A stretch of 64,000 bases of DNA, from the IMG/VR virus record IMGVR_UViG_3300020213_000001; one strand, 5' to 3'. Position numbers and translations under genes: made by a program. Below are positions 28,515-36,511 of this stretch, in pieces. Source of the stretch: a virus. Each line of letters begins with the position of its first letter. The first letter of the stretch is position 1. Under the pieces are notes generated by a model. The model was not told the DNA's origin, did not search any database, and was given only the letters and a program-made list of their open reading frames with translations.

Positions 28515-29105
28515 TTAAACCCCACCTATTACTTGGTTGAGAAATTTAAGATTCAAGGCTTGCTGTTTAAGCTTGGCAGCAATGTAAATAGCATCTTCAA
28601 CATCACTGGAAGCATTGGCGGCAGCAAAGGCAGCTTGGGCAGCACCTTCGACGGCATAGTGGGCAGCGGCGTTGGTAAAAAAGACATAGTCGGCATTAGT
28701 GGCAATGAATGCAATGGGGGAATCATCGGCAGCATCGCGGGTATAGCAGAAGGCAACACACTTCGCTTTTACACGCTTTTTAACCTCTAATATTTGAGCA
28801 TCTGTCAAGCTATCGAAATCATTAACAGTCTTAAGAAAATTGATGCAATTGCTAAGGCTCTTATCACCTTTATATTTTTCTTCAAAAATATGTACTACGC
28901 TTTCAATGCATAGCATTGCCCATTTAACTAGTTGATTCTTGGTTAATACCCTTTTTGCAACCCAAACTTTATCGTCGTAGTTGACATTAGGTAAGTACAG
29001 GAAATCACTAAAGCTTCCGTCAAAATCAGCATTGTAATTCAGAAAATGTTCATATCTGTCAGCACAAGGCTCTAGGTTTTTCAGTACTTCTTTATTGATT
29101 TGCAT
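28515..29105 (-). CDS. Imm5-like array paralog 1
   Basis: MQINKEVLKNLEPC...WAMLCIESVVHIFE...Ala-rich core...QQALNLKFL. Confidence 0.8.
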   Translation of the reverse strand: MQINKEVLKNLEPCADRYEHFLNYNADFDGSFSDFLYLPNVNYDDKVWVAKRVLTKNQLVKWAMLCIESVVHIFEEKYKGDKSLSNCINFLKTVNDFDSLTDAQILEVKKRVKAKCVAFCYTRDAADDSPIAFIATNADYVFFTNAAAHYAVEGAAQAAFAAANASSDVEDAIYIAAKLKQQALNLKFLNQVIGGV

Positions 29106-29116
29106 AAATATCCTGG

Positions 29117-29746
29117 TTAAGCACTGATTGCTTGTTTCAAAAACTGAAGGTTAAGGGCTTGCTGTTTAAGACTGGCAGCGGCAGCATCTTCACCGTAAAT
29201 GTCACAATAACCAAGGGTATCATCATAGGTAGCTTCGGCGGCGTAACACAAGACGTGGGAGGCAACATCGACAGCATAGGCGGCAGCATAGGAATCACAG
29301 TAGGAGACGTGGACAAGGGCGGCAACATGGGAAACATTGAGAGCGTGGGCAGCGTGGCCAACAAAGATGTCAGGGTCGGTAGAAGCACGGGCAACAGCAA
29401 GGGCGAGATCTCTGTGCTTTTTAAGCTCTAATGCTTGATCAATTGTCAAGTTATTAAAATCCTTAACTGTTTTAAGGTAATTGATACAATTAATAACATG
29501 TTTATAATCCGGGTGTTGTTCTTCAAAAATATGCACTACGCTTTCAGCGCATAGCGTTGCCCAGCTAATGGCTTGGTTCTTGTTTAATACCCTTTTTGCA
29601 ACCCAAATTTTATCGACATATTCAAGATTGGGTAATTCCATGAATTCGCTAAGACTTCCATCAAAATCAGCGTGATGTTTTAGAAAAACCTTATACCTGT
29701 AATAACAGGGTTTAAGGCTTTTCAAGAATTCTTTATTAATTTGCAT
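29117..29746 (-). CDS. Imm5-like array paralog 2
   Basis: Same architecture; start moved to MQINKE at 29746. Confidence 0.8.
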   Translation of the reverse strand: MQINKEFLKSLKPCYYRYKVFLKHHADFDGSLSEFMELPNLEYVDKIWVAKRVLNKNQAISWATLCAESVVHIFEEQHPDYKHVINCINYLKTVKDFNNLTIDQALELKKHRDLALAVARASTDPDIFVGHAAHALNVSHVAALVHVSYCDSYAAAYAVDVASHVLCYAAEATYDDTLGYCDIYGEDAAAASLKQQALNLQFLKQAISA

Positions 29747-29764
29747 AAATCCCTCTCTCAAGCC

Positions 29765-29793
29765 ATTATCCCATATAAGACTAAGCTTGTCAA
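29765..29793 (-). promoter_or_regulatory. Sigma70-type promoter before paralog 2
   Basis: TTGACA-17 nt-GATAAT. Confidence 0.65.
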
Positions 29794-29801
29794 GCTAAAT
29801 A

Positions 29802-30431
29802 CTAATTAATCACTTGCTTAAGAAACTGAAGATTTAAGGCTTCTTGATTTTCAAGAGCAGCAATTTTATTAGAATCACAGACGGCATGGGTGGCATAGGA
29901 AGCATAGATGGCAGCTTGGGCAGCATGGGCGGCATAGATGACAGCTTGGAAAGAGGTGGAGGCAAAGGTGGCAGAATGGGCGGCAGCATGGGCAGAGGTG
30001 GCGGCATAGTTGGCAGCATGGGCGGTGGCATTGGTAGAAAAGAGAGTAGCACTGGCGGCTGCATGGGCAGCATCGGTGGCAGCAGAGGTGGCTATTTTAT
30101 GCTTCTTAATCTCTAATGGTTGACAATTGATCAAGCGGTCGAAATCATTAATAGATTTAAGGTAGTTGATGCAATCACTAAGGCGCTTGTCATCTGGATA
30201 TTTTGCTTCAAACATATGTACAACACTTTCAGCGCATAGCGTTGCCCATTTAACGGCTTTATTTTTGTTTAAAATCTCCCTTGCAACCCAAATTTTATCG
30301 TCGTAGTTGACATTAGGTAAGTCAAGGAATTCACTAAAGCTTCCGTTAAACTCACCGTGATGTTTTATAAAATGCTCATACCTGTCGGTAAAAAGGTTAA
30401 TACTTTTCAAGAATTCTTTGTTAATTTGCAT
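29802..30431 (-). CDS. Imm5-like array paralog 3
   Basis: Same architecture, Ala/His/Thr-rich core. Confidence 0.8.
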   Translation of the reverse strand: MQINKEFLKSINLFTDRYEHFIKHHGEFNGSFSEFLDLPNVNYDDKIWVAREILNKNKAVKWATLCAESVVHMFEAKYPDDKRLSDCINYLKSINDFDRLINCQPLEIKKHKIATSAATDAAHAAASATLFSTNATAHAANYAATSAHAAAHSATFASTSFQAVIYAAHAAQAAIYASYATHAVCDSNKIAALENQEALNLQFLKQVIN

Positions 30432-30459
30432 AATTCACTCCTGTTTTTACTCTTAACCC

Positions 30460-30488
30460 ATTGTTACATATAAGACTAAACTTGTCAA
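30460..30488 (-). promoter_or_regulatory. Promoter-like element before paralog 3
   Basis: TTGACA-17 nt-AACAAT, homologous to other array spacers. Confidence 0.5.
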
Positions 30489-30498
30489 TATAATTCTA

Positions 30499-31152
30499 CT
30501 AATTAATCACTTGTTTTAGAAACTTAATATTTAAGGCTTCTTGACTTTCTTGAGCAGCAATTTTATTAGAATCACTAGCATCGGTGGTGGCATAGAAGGC
30601 AGCTTGGACAGCATAGCACTCAGTATCGGCGACATCAACATCGATGTCATAGGCAGCAAGGGTGGCATAGGCGGCTTCACGGACAGCGGCACGGACAGCG
30701 GCACCGACAGCATCGGCGGCACCGGCAGCATAGGGGGCACGGGAACAATAGGCGGTAAGAGAGACAGCATAGGGGCCACCAGCGGCAACGAAACAAGCAG
30801 CTCGGGAGGCTTCTTCATGTCTCTTAATCTCTGATGCTTGATCATTTGTCAAATTATCAAAATCCTTAACTGTTTTAAGGTAGCTAATGCAATCACTAAG
30901 ACTCTGGTTATCAGGGTATTCTTTCTCAAAAATATGAACAACGCTTTCAGCGCATAGCGTTGCCCACTTAACAGCTTGATTCTTGGTTAAAACTCTCCTT
31001 GCAATCCAGATTTTATCGACATATTCAAGATTGGGTAGGTCCAGGAAATCATTAAGACTTCCGCTAAACTCACCGTGATGTTCTAGGAAATGCTTATACC
31101 TGTTGTCGCAAGGGTTTAGGCTTTTCAATACGTCTTTGTTGATCTTCATCAT
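30499..31152 (-). CDS. Imm5-like array paralog 4
   Basis: MMKINKDVLKSLNPC...; start moved to 31152. Confidence 0.8.
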   Translation of the reverse strand: MMKINKDVLKSLNPCDNRYKHFLEHHGEFSGSLNDFLDLPNLEYVDKIWIARRVLTKNQAVKWATLCAESVVHIFEKEYPDNQSLSDCISYLKTVKDFDNLTNDQASEIKRHEEASRAACFVAAGGPYAVSLTAYCSRAPYAAGAADAVGAAVRAAVREAAYATLAAYDIDVDVADTECYAVQAAFYATTDASDSNKIAAQESQEALNIKFLKQVIN

Positions 31153-31161
31153 CTTTCCCTC

Positions 31162-31190
31162 ATTATCACATATAATACCAGACATGTCAA
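31162..31190 (-). promoter_or_regulatory. Sigma70-type promoter before paralog 4
   Basis: TTGACA-17 nt-GATAAT. Confidence 0.65.
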
Positions 31191-31200
31191 TATAATTCCA

Positions 31201-31857
31201 CTAATTAATCACTTGTTTAAGAAACTTAATGTTAAGAGCTTGTTGGTTATGCTTGGAAGCATCATCAATAGAATCCCGATCATCATAGGTGGCAGCATAG
31301 GTGGCATAGTCGGCAGCATAGTCGGCAGCATAGCTGGTAGCATAGGTGGCAACATCGACAGCATAGCGTACTTCACGAGCGGCAGCAAAGACGGCATAGT
31401 AGGCAGCACGAGCAGCATTGGTGGCACCGATGGCGGCGATGGCGGCACAACGGACAGCATAGGCAGCATCAGCGGCAGCTTCGATGGCAAAGCGGGCAGC
31501 ATGGACAGCTCGGGCATCACTTATATGTCTCTTAATCTCTGATGCTTGATCAACTGTCAAGTTATCGAAATCATTAACTGTTTTAAGGTAGTTGATGCAA
31601 TCTCTAATGCATCTTTCATCCGGGTATTCTTTTTCAAAAACATGTACTACGCTTTCAGCACAAAGAATTGCCCAGTTAATGGCTTGATTCCTTGTTAAAA
31701 CTCTCCCTGCAACCCAGATTTTATCATTGTAGTCAAGATTAGGTAAGTCAAGGAATTCACTAAAACTACCGCTAAAATCAGCGTGACGCTCTAGAAAATG
31801 CCTATATCTGTCAACACAAGGCTCTAGGTTTTTCAGTACTTCTTTGTTAATTTGCAT
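31201..31857 (-). CDS. Imm5-like array paralog 5
   Basis: Same architecture; YAAD 12-bp repeats. Confidence 0.8.
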   Translation of the reverse strand: MQINKEVLKNLEPCVDRYRHFLERHADFSGSFSEFLDLPNLDYNDKIWVAGRVLTRNQAINWAILCAESVVHVFEKEYPDERCIRDCINYLKTVNDFDNLTVDQASEIKRHISDARAVHAARFAIEAAADAAYAVRCAAIAAIGATNAARAAYYAVFAAAREVRYAVDVATYATSYAADYAADYATYAATYDDRDSIDDASKHNQQALNIKFLKQVIN

Positions 31858-31866
31858 CTTTCCCTC

Positions 31867-31895
31867 ATTGTTACATATAACCCTAAGCTTGTCAA
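31867..31895 (-). promoter_or_regulatory. Promoter-like element before paralog 5
   Basis: TTGACA-17 nt-AACAAT. Confidence 0.5.
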
Positions 31896-31898
31896 CCT

Positions 31899-32477
31899 TT
31901 ACAAACTACATGCCATTCTCAAAAACTGAATGTTAAGCTCTTGCTGGTTATTCCCGGCAGCGTCAGCATCTTCACCGGTATCAGCGGCTGCAAGGAGGGC
32001 AGCATAGACGGCATAGGAGGCAGAACGGGCGGCATAGTGGAAGGCATAATTGGCTGCATAGTTGACAGCATAGAGGGCATAATAGGCAGTATAGAGGGCA
32101 TAGTGGACAGCACTGGCGACATAGTTGACTCCGCTAATATCTTCATGTTTTTTTATTTCCCACTTTTCAGTATCAGTTAAGTTATTGAAATCCTTAATAG
32201 ACTTAAGGAAATTGATACATTTGCTAAGACGTTTATTGCCTGGATAATTAGCCTCAAAAATATACATAACACTTTCGGCACAGAGAATAGCCCAGCTAAC
32301 AGCTTGATTTTTAGTTAAAACCTTTTCTGCAATCAAAACTTTATCTTCATAACTAATAGTACCTAGGTCCAGGAATTCAATAAAATTACCATCAAAATCA
32401 GAGTGGTGTTCTAGAAAATGCTTATATCTATCATCACAAGGATTTAGGCTTTTCAAGAATTCTTTATTGATTTGCAT
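31899..32477 (-). CDS. Imm5-like array paralog 6
   Basis: Same architecture, Tyr-rich core. Confidence 0.8.
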   Translation of the reverse strand: MQINKEFLKSLNPCDDRYKHFLEHHSDFDGNFIEFLDLGTISYEDKVLIAEKVLTKNQAVSWAILCAESVMYIFEANYPGNKRLSKCINFLKSIKDFNNLTDTEKWEIKKHEDISGVNYVASAVHYALYTAYYALYAVNYAANYAFHYAARSASYAVYAALLAAADTGEDADAAGNNQQELNIQFLRMACSL

Positions 32478-32489
32478 ATGGAGTCCTTT

Positions 32490-33161
32490 TCAAACACTAG
32501 TTACTTGTTTAAGAAACTGAAGGTTAAGAGCTTGTTGGCTATACTTGGCAGCATAATTAATAGAATCCCGATCATCGTAGGTGGCAGCATAGTTGGTAGC
32601 AGAGGTGGCAGCATAGTTGGTAGCAGAGGTGGCAGCAGAGGTGGCATAGCGTGCTTCACGAGCGGCAGCACCGGCAGCATAGATGGCAGCTTGGACAGCA
32701 TTGGCGGCACCAGAGGCGGCATAGGCGGCACAGCGGACAGCATAGGCAGCATTGGCGGCGGCATAGGTGGCATTGGTGGCATAGACGGTGGCATTGGCAG
32801 AAAAGAAAGCAGCATTGGCGGCCATTCCATGCTTCTTAATCTCTAATGCCTGGGCATTTGTCAAGTTATTAAAATCATTAATAGATTTAAGGTAGCTGAT
32901 GCAATCACTAAGACGTTTATCGTCAGGACGCTTATCTTCAAAAATATGCACAACACTGTCAACACAAAGAACTGACCATTTAACTAGTTGATTCTTGGTT
33001 AAAACTCTCACAGCAACCCAGATTTTATCTTCATAGTCAAGATTAGGTAAGTCCATGAATTCGCTAAAGCTTCCGTTAAACTCACCGTGGTGTTTTAGAA
33101 AATGCTTATATCTATCAGTGCAAGGGTTAAGGCTTTTGAGTAATTCTTTATTGATTTGCAT
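32490..33161 (-). CDS. Imm5-like array paralog 7
   Basis: Same architecture; 24-bp ATSATNYA tandem repeat. Confidence 0.8.
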   Translation of the reverse strand: MQINKELLKSLNPCTDRYKHFLKHHGEFNGSFSEFMDLPNLDYEDKIWVAVRVLTKNQLVKWSVLCVDSVVHIFEDKRPDDKRLSDCISYLKSINDFNNLTNAQALEIKKHGMAANAAFFSANATVYATNATYAAANAAYAVRCAAYAASGAANAVQAAIYAAGAAAREARYATSAATSATNYAATSATNYAATYDDRDSINYAAKYSQQALNLQFLKQVTSV

Positions 33162-33170
33162 AAAAGCTTC

Positions 33171-33677
33171 CTAATACTTATTACTATTTATACCACTTCT
33201 AATAACTATATCAATTTCCTTGCGACAATAGCGAGTTACGTTTTCAAAAACCCTTATTTTTCCATCCATGAAGCTTTCTAGAGCAGTTAACATGTCAATT
33301 CTGTCTTGAGCAGATACATAGTTAATCTGACGCTGCAAAAAAGCCTCTCGAACGTGAGTGCTGTCTTTCATCTTACTTTCTTTCAAAAACAAGGGATATA
33401 GATCAAGAATAGTCTCTGACTTGGCTTCCAATAGGGCTTTTTTGGCTTTGGTTATCTCATACCCTATAAGACTCAGATGCTTCCTAGCTTGTCTATATCC
33501 CTCGTTAAATGTGTATTCAAGTTCAGAATAGGTCGCAGGGTTTACTACCTTTGCCTCAATCAATCTGTGTTCAGCCTCTCTAATAGAGCTGATATCAAGA
33601 CGTACTTCTGGCGTATTACCGAACGCTGGAATGGTTAGCTCTGCACGTTCGGTGTAATTAGAAGGTAGTGTTTGCAT
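33171..33677 (-). CDS. Helical protein, possibly UvsY-like recombination mediator
   Basis: 168 aa helical ORF directly after SSB; function is a positional inference only. Confidence 0.4.
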   Translation of the reverse strand: MQTLPSNYTERAELTIPAFGNTPEVRLDISSIREAEHRLIEAKVVNPATYSELEYTFNEGYRQARKHLSLIGYEITKAKKALLEAKSETILDLYPLFLKESKMKDSTHVREAFLQRQINYVSAQDRIDMLTALESFMDGKIRVFENVTRYCRKEIDIVIRSGINSNKY

Positions 33678-34756
33678 TATCCCTCAAGAGATTTCAAGAA
33701 ATCTTCATCACTCAAGCTATTAAGATCTTCCGCTGCCGGTGGAGCATCTTTCTTGGGAGTGTTTAGGACTTCTATTTTAGCCTTAGTGGCAGCTTTAGCT
33801 TCTAGGGCAGCTTTAGCTTCTAGGGCAGCCTTAGCTTCTAGGGCAGCTTTAGCCTTGCTTTCTGCGAGTGCCTGAGCCGCCTTGACGTAAGTATCTTCAG
33901 AATGATTAGACTGTTCTTCATCATCACCATTGTCTGAAGGTGTAGATCCATCTGAGTCTCCTAGGATTCGCTCCAAAACAATCGCGCCTTCCTGTTCGCT
34001 ACGCTCGTAAGCAGCTACCATTTCAGCCACTTGTTCAGGATTGGGCATAGGATACATAGTGCTAAGCTCATAGGCCTCATCTGCTAGACGAGATAGAATG
34101 GCGGGAGTAAGAATGTGAGGCTCTGATTTTTCAACAATGCCGTATTCTGCTGTTTTTACCTTTGTTTTAGATTCTGTTACTTGGTAAGCAGTGTCCCTGT
34201 CCATTCCAGAACGGTTGAAGTTAATAAAGCGTCCGTCTTCAACCGAAAGCGGGTCTACACCCTCTCCCTGAAGTTGTTTAACCAGTGCTTTAAATGCATT
34301 CATTGCACGAGAGCCAAGCTTTAGAAGACCGATCTTACCGGAGGAATCCATGCCATTTGCATGGTGTTTGCTATCAACGTTGAAACGCTTAGTAGACTCT
34401 TCTAGATCTTTCAATTGCTTTTTAAGAGACTCAGGGATGGGCGCTTTAGCTTCAAATAGCTGCCTGGCTTGTTTTTTAGCCTCATCTTTCTGAATCTTAA
34501 GACCTTCGGCTCGGTTATAGGCCGCACAGTCCCTTTCTACCATTTTACTCCTGAAGTTAACGTCACGAGGTGAAACGAAAGGGCGCTGCCTGCCTTTTGT
34601 GTCCTTATAACCCCATACAACGCGATAGTAGACACTCCAATAACCCTTGTCTGCTAGTTTACCCATAGGAGGTAGGACTCGGAATAGGTTATCCCCGTCT
34701 TTAAATTTAAACACTTCTTTTTTGTCACCTGAATACCTTGCTTTGCCGACTTTCAT
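33677..34756 (-). CDS. Single-stranded DNA-binding protein (gp32-like)
   Basis: FKFKDGDNLFRVLPP N-terminus, DPLSVEDGRF, acidic tail SDEDFLKSLEG. Confidence 0.7.
   Translation of the reverse strand: MKVGKARYSGDKKEVFKFKDGDNLFRVLPPMGKLADKGYWSVYYRVVWGYKDTKGRQRPFVSPRDVNFRSKMVERDCAAYNRAEGLKIQKDEAKKQARQLFEAKAPIPESLKKQLKDLEESTKRFNVDSKHHANGMDSSGKIGLLKLGSRAMNAFKALVKQLQGEGVDPLSVEDGRFINFNRSGMDRDTAYQVTESKTKVKTAEYGIVEKSEPHILTPAILSRLADEAYELSTMYPMPNPEQVAEMVAAYERSEQEGAIVLERILGDSDGSTPSDNGDDEEQSNHSEDTYVKAAQALAESKAKAALEAKAALEAKAALEAKAATKAKIEVLNTPKKDAPPAAEDLNSLSDEDFLKSLEG
33788..33854. repeat. 18-bp tandem repeat (AALEAK x3) in SSB linker
   Basis: GGCAGCTTTAGCTTCTAG repeats. Confidence 0.9.
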
Positions 34757-34788
34757 GGATTATCCTTTATTTTAGACCGTTATTGGGC

Positions 34789-35511
34789 TCAAATCTCAGA
34801 CTTAATTTTCAAAAATACTTTTTCTACAGATCCAGCAGTAGACACCTTAGTAGTATTCACCAAAAACACACGCTTTGTCAAGTTTTTTAGTGAATTTTCT
34901 AGATCAACTGAAAAATCTTTATTTTTTGTATAAAGAACTATTGCAACCGTATCGGTGTCAACCCCCTGCTCAAGACCTAGCTTGGCTACTTCGCTTACTG
35001 CGTAAATACCTGCAATCTCTGCTCCTACTTTTTCATTATATGCCTGCATTAGCAGGGATACAAGATCTTCCTTGTTATTCAACCTGCGAGAATATTTGCT
35101 TTCATAGTAAACAGAAGGTGCGGACTCTACTCCGATATCAGAGCAAACCTCAGCAAAGTTCCCCATAACAGTGTCAAAAAGCGCAGGTGAAGACTGGACG
35201 CCATTGTAATAACGACCGTCTACATCGTTTGCGATAGCTTCATAGAATAATTCCGCCCTTACATTGAAGCAACCAAATTTGGTGGCTAGGTCTGCAAACT
35301 GTTCTGCTTGAGGGCCCCTAGTAACAATAAAAACAGCTTGCTTGAGAAGAGATTTCTTATATTCAGATTCTAGCTCTTTAAGGTTTTCCTTAGCCCTGCG
35401 AATCTGATCTTGTCGAGAACGCCTAACACTAGGAAGCATTTCTGCTGTGATTTTAAAATCAGCGATTTCTCTTTCTTTTTTAATCTTCTCAACAATTTCT
35501 TTGATTTTCAT
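34789..35511 (-). CDS. Hypothetical protein
   Basis: 240 aa ORF in replication region. Confidence 0.65.
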   Translation of the reverse strand: MKIKEIVEKIKKEREIADFKITAEMLPSVRRSRQDQIRRAKENLKELESEYKKSLLKQAVFIVTRGPQAEQFADLATKFGCFNVRAELFYEAIANDVDGRYYNGVQSSPALFDTVMGNFAEVCSDIGVESAPSVYYESKYSRRLNNKEDLVSLLMQAYNEKVGAEIAGIYAVSEVAKLGLEQGVDTDTVAIVLYTKNKDFSVDLENSLKNLTKRVFLVNTTKVSTAGSVEKVFLKIKSEI

Positions 35512-35780
35512 AATTCCCCAATTTTGAAATATTTCCTTACCTTATACTCAGTATTAAAATAAACCTTAGCTGTTTTTAAATCAGAAACTCCGTCAAAAGT
35601 ATTTGGAAAGATTTTATGAGTAGAAAACTTCCCACCCATGTACCTTACATGTAAATACAGAACAGTGTTATCAAGACTAGCAGACTCAATCAAGGTCAGA
35701 CGCTCGTTTACTGTTTTTTCTCTTACAATTTTAGTTTGACTAAAAAAATCAATCATATTTGTCCTATTTGATATTACCAC
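35508..35780 (-). CDS. Hypothetical protein
   Basis: Coupled ORF. Confidence 0.5.
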   Translation of the reverse strand: MVISNRTNMIDFFSQTKIVREKTVNERLTLIESASLDNTVLYLHVRYMGGKFSTHKIFPNTFDGVSDLKTAKVYFNTEYKVRKYFKIGEL

Positions 35781-36468
35781 GTTTTAATATTTCTGCCATT
35801 ATCTGCGCAGTGGCTTGACTACTCCCTGAAAGCGCCCTTACACCTGGAATTTCAGGATCAACTAGGAGTCCAGATGCTTTATCTGTAACGATAGATCCGT
35901 AGTTAGATCCAAGATAAGCTCTAACTACATGGAAGTTTTCGCCAGGATATTCCTTTTTATAGCAAGCTGGATAGTAACCGCCATGTGTGTCTAGGTTTAT
36001 TCCGTCGTTTCCAGAGGCTACGGTTAGTGTCATGCCTTTTTTCAAAAACCCAAATAGATAAGATTTTTCCCTAGATTCGTAGGCATTTCCGCCTAGACTT
36101 AGGTTTAAATACTTTATTTGGGGATCTGAGTCAATATACTCCAGTGCCTTGTAATACGAGTTGGTATTTTCTATGATCGAGTCTTCGTTTTTGTAAAACT
36201 TAATGCTCACAATGCAGTGAGTTTTAGGGTTAATACCCTTAGATATAATCCCAACAATGTTAGAGCCGTGACCGTGGTTATCTTCTGTTTGTCCTAGTGT
36301 GTAGTTGATAACACCGTTCCTGCACATGTAGGGGCTTTTGTCTATGCTTTTAATCACACCCGTATCAATAACGGCTACTTTGATACGGGTTTCAAGACTT
36401 TCGCTTGTTGCCACCGTTTCGCAGCAGATAAGAAGAAGTGTAGAAAGTATGTATTTTAGACTGTTCAT
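35764..36468 (-). CDS. Exported S8 (subtilisin-like) serine peptidase
   Basis: VAVIDTG, HGHGSNIVGII, NLSLGG, VASGN, SGSSQATA; N-terminal signal-like segment. Confidence 0.85.
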   Translation of the reverse strand: MNSLKYILSTLLLICCETVATSESLETRIKVAVIDTGVIKSIDKSPYMCRNGVINYTLGQTEDNHGHGSNIVGIISKGINPKTHCIVSIKFYKNEDSIIENTNSYYKALEYIDSDPQIKYLNLSLGGNAYESREKSYLFGFLKKGMTLTVASGNDGINLDTHGGYYPACYKKEYPGENFHVVRAYLGSNYGSIVTDKASGLLVDPEIPGVRALSGSSQATAQIMAEILKRGNIK

Positions 36469-36511
36469 TTATACAGTGTACAGTATACTTTACGCATTGT
36501 CAACAAGTTAT

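Noticed and set aside
28533-32846. Met/Pro/Leu-rich and Gly/Ser/Ile-rich overlapping ORFs over the array cores
   Set aside because: They follow automatically from NNY codon usage, which leaves those frames stop-free; no independent SD or promoter seen
28515-33161. Classical diversity-generating retroelement
   Set aside because: No reverse transcriptase or non-coding template repeat in the window, and differences between cores are not adenine-specific
28500-33200. CRISPR array
   Set aside because: Repeats are in-frame coding microrepeats with no constant repeat-spacer periodicity; no cas genes
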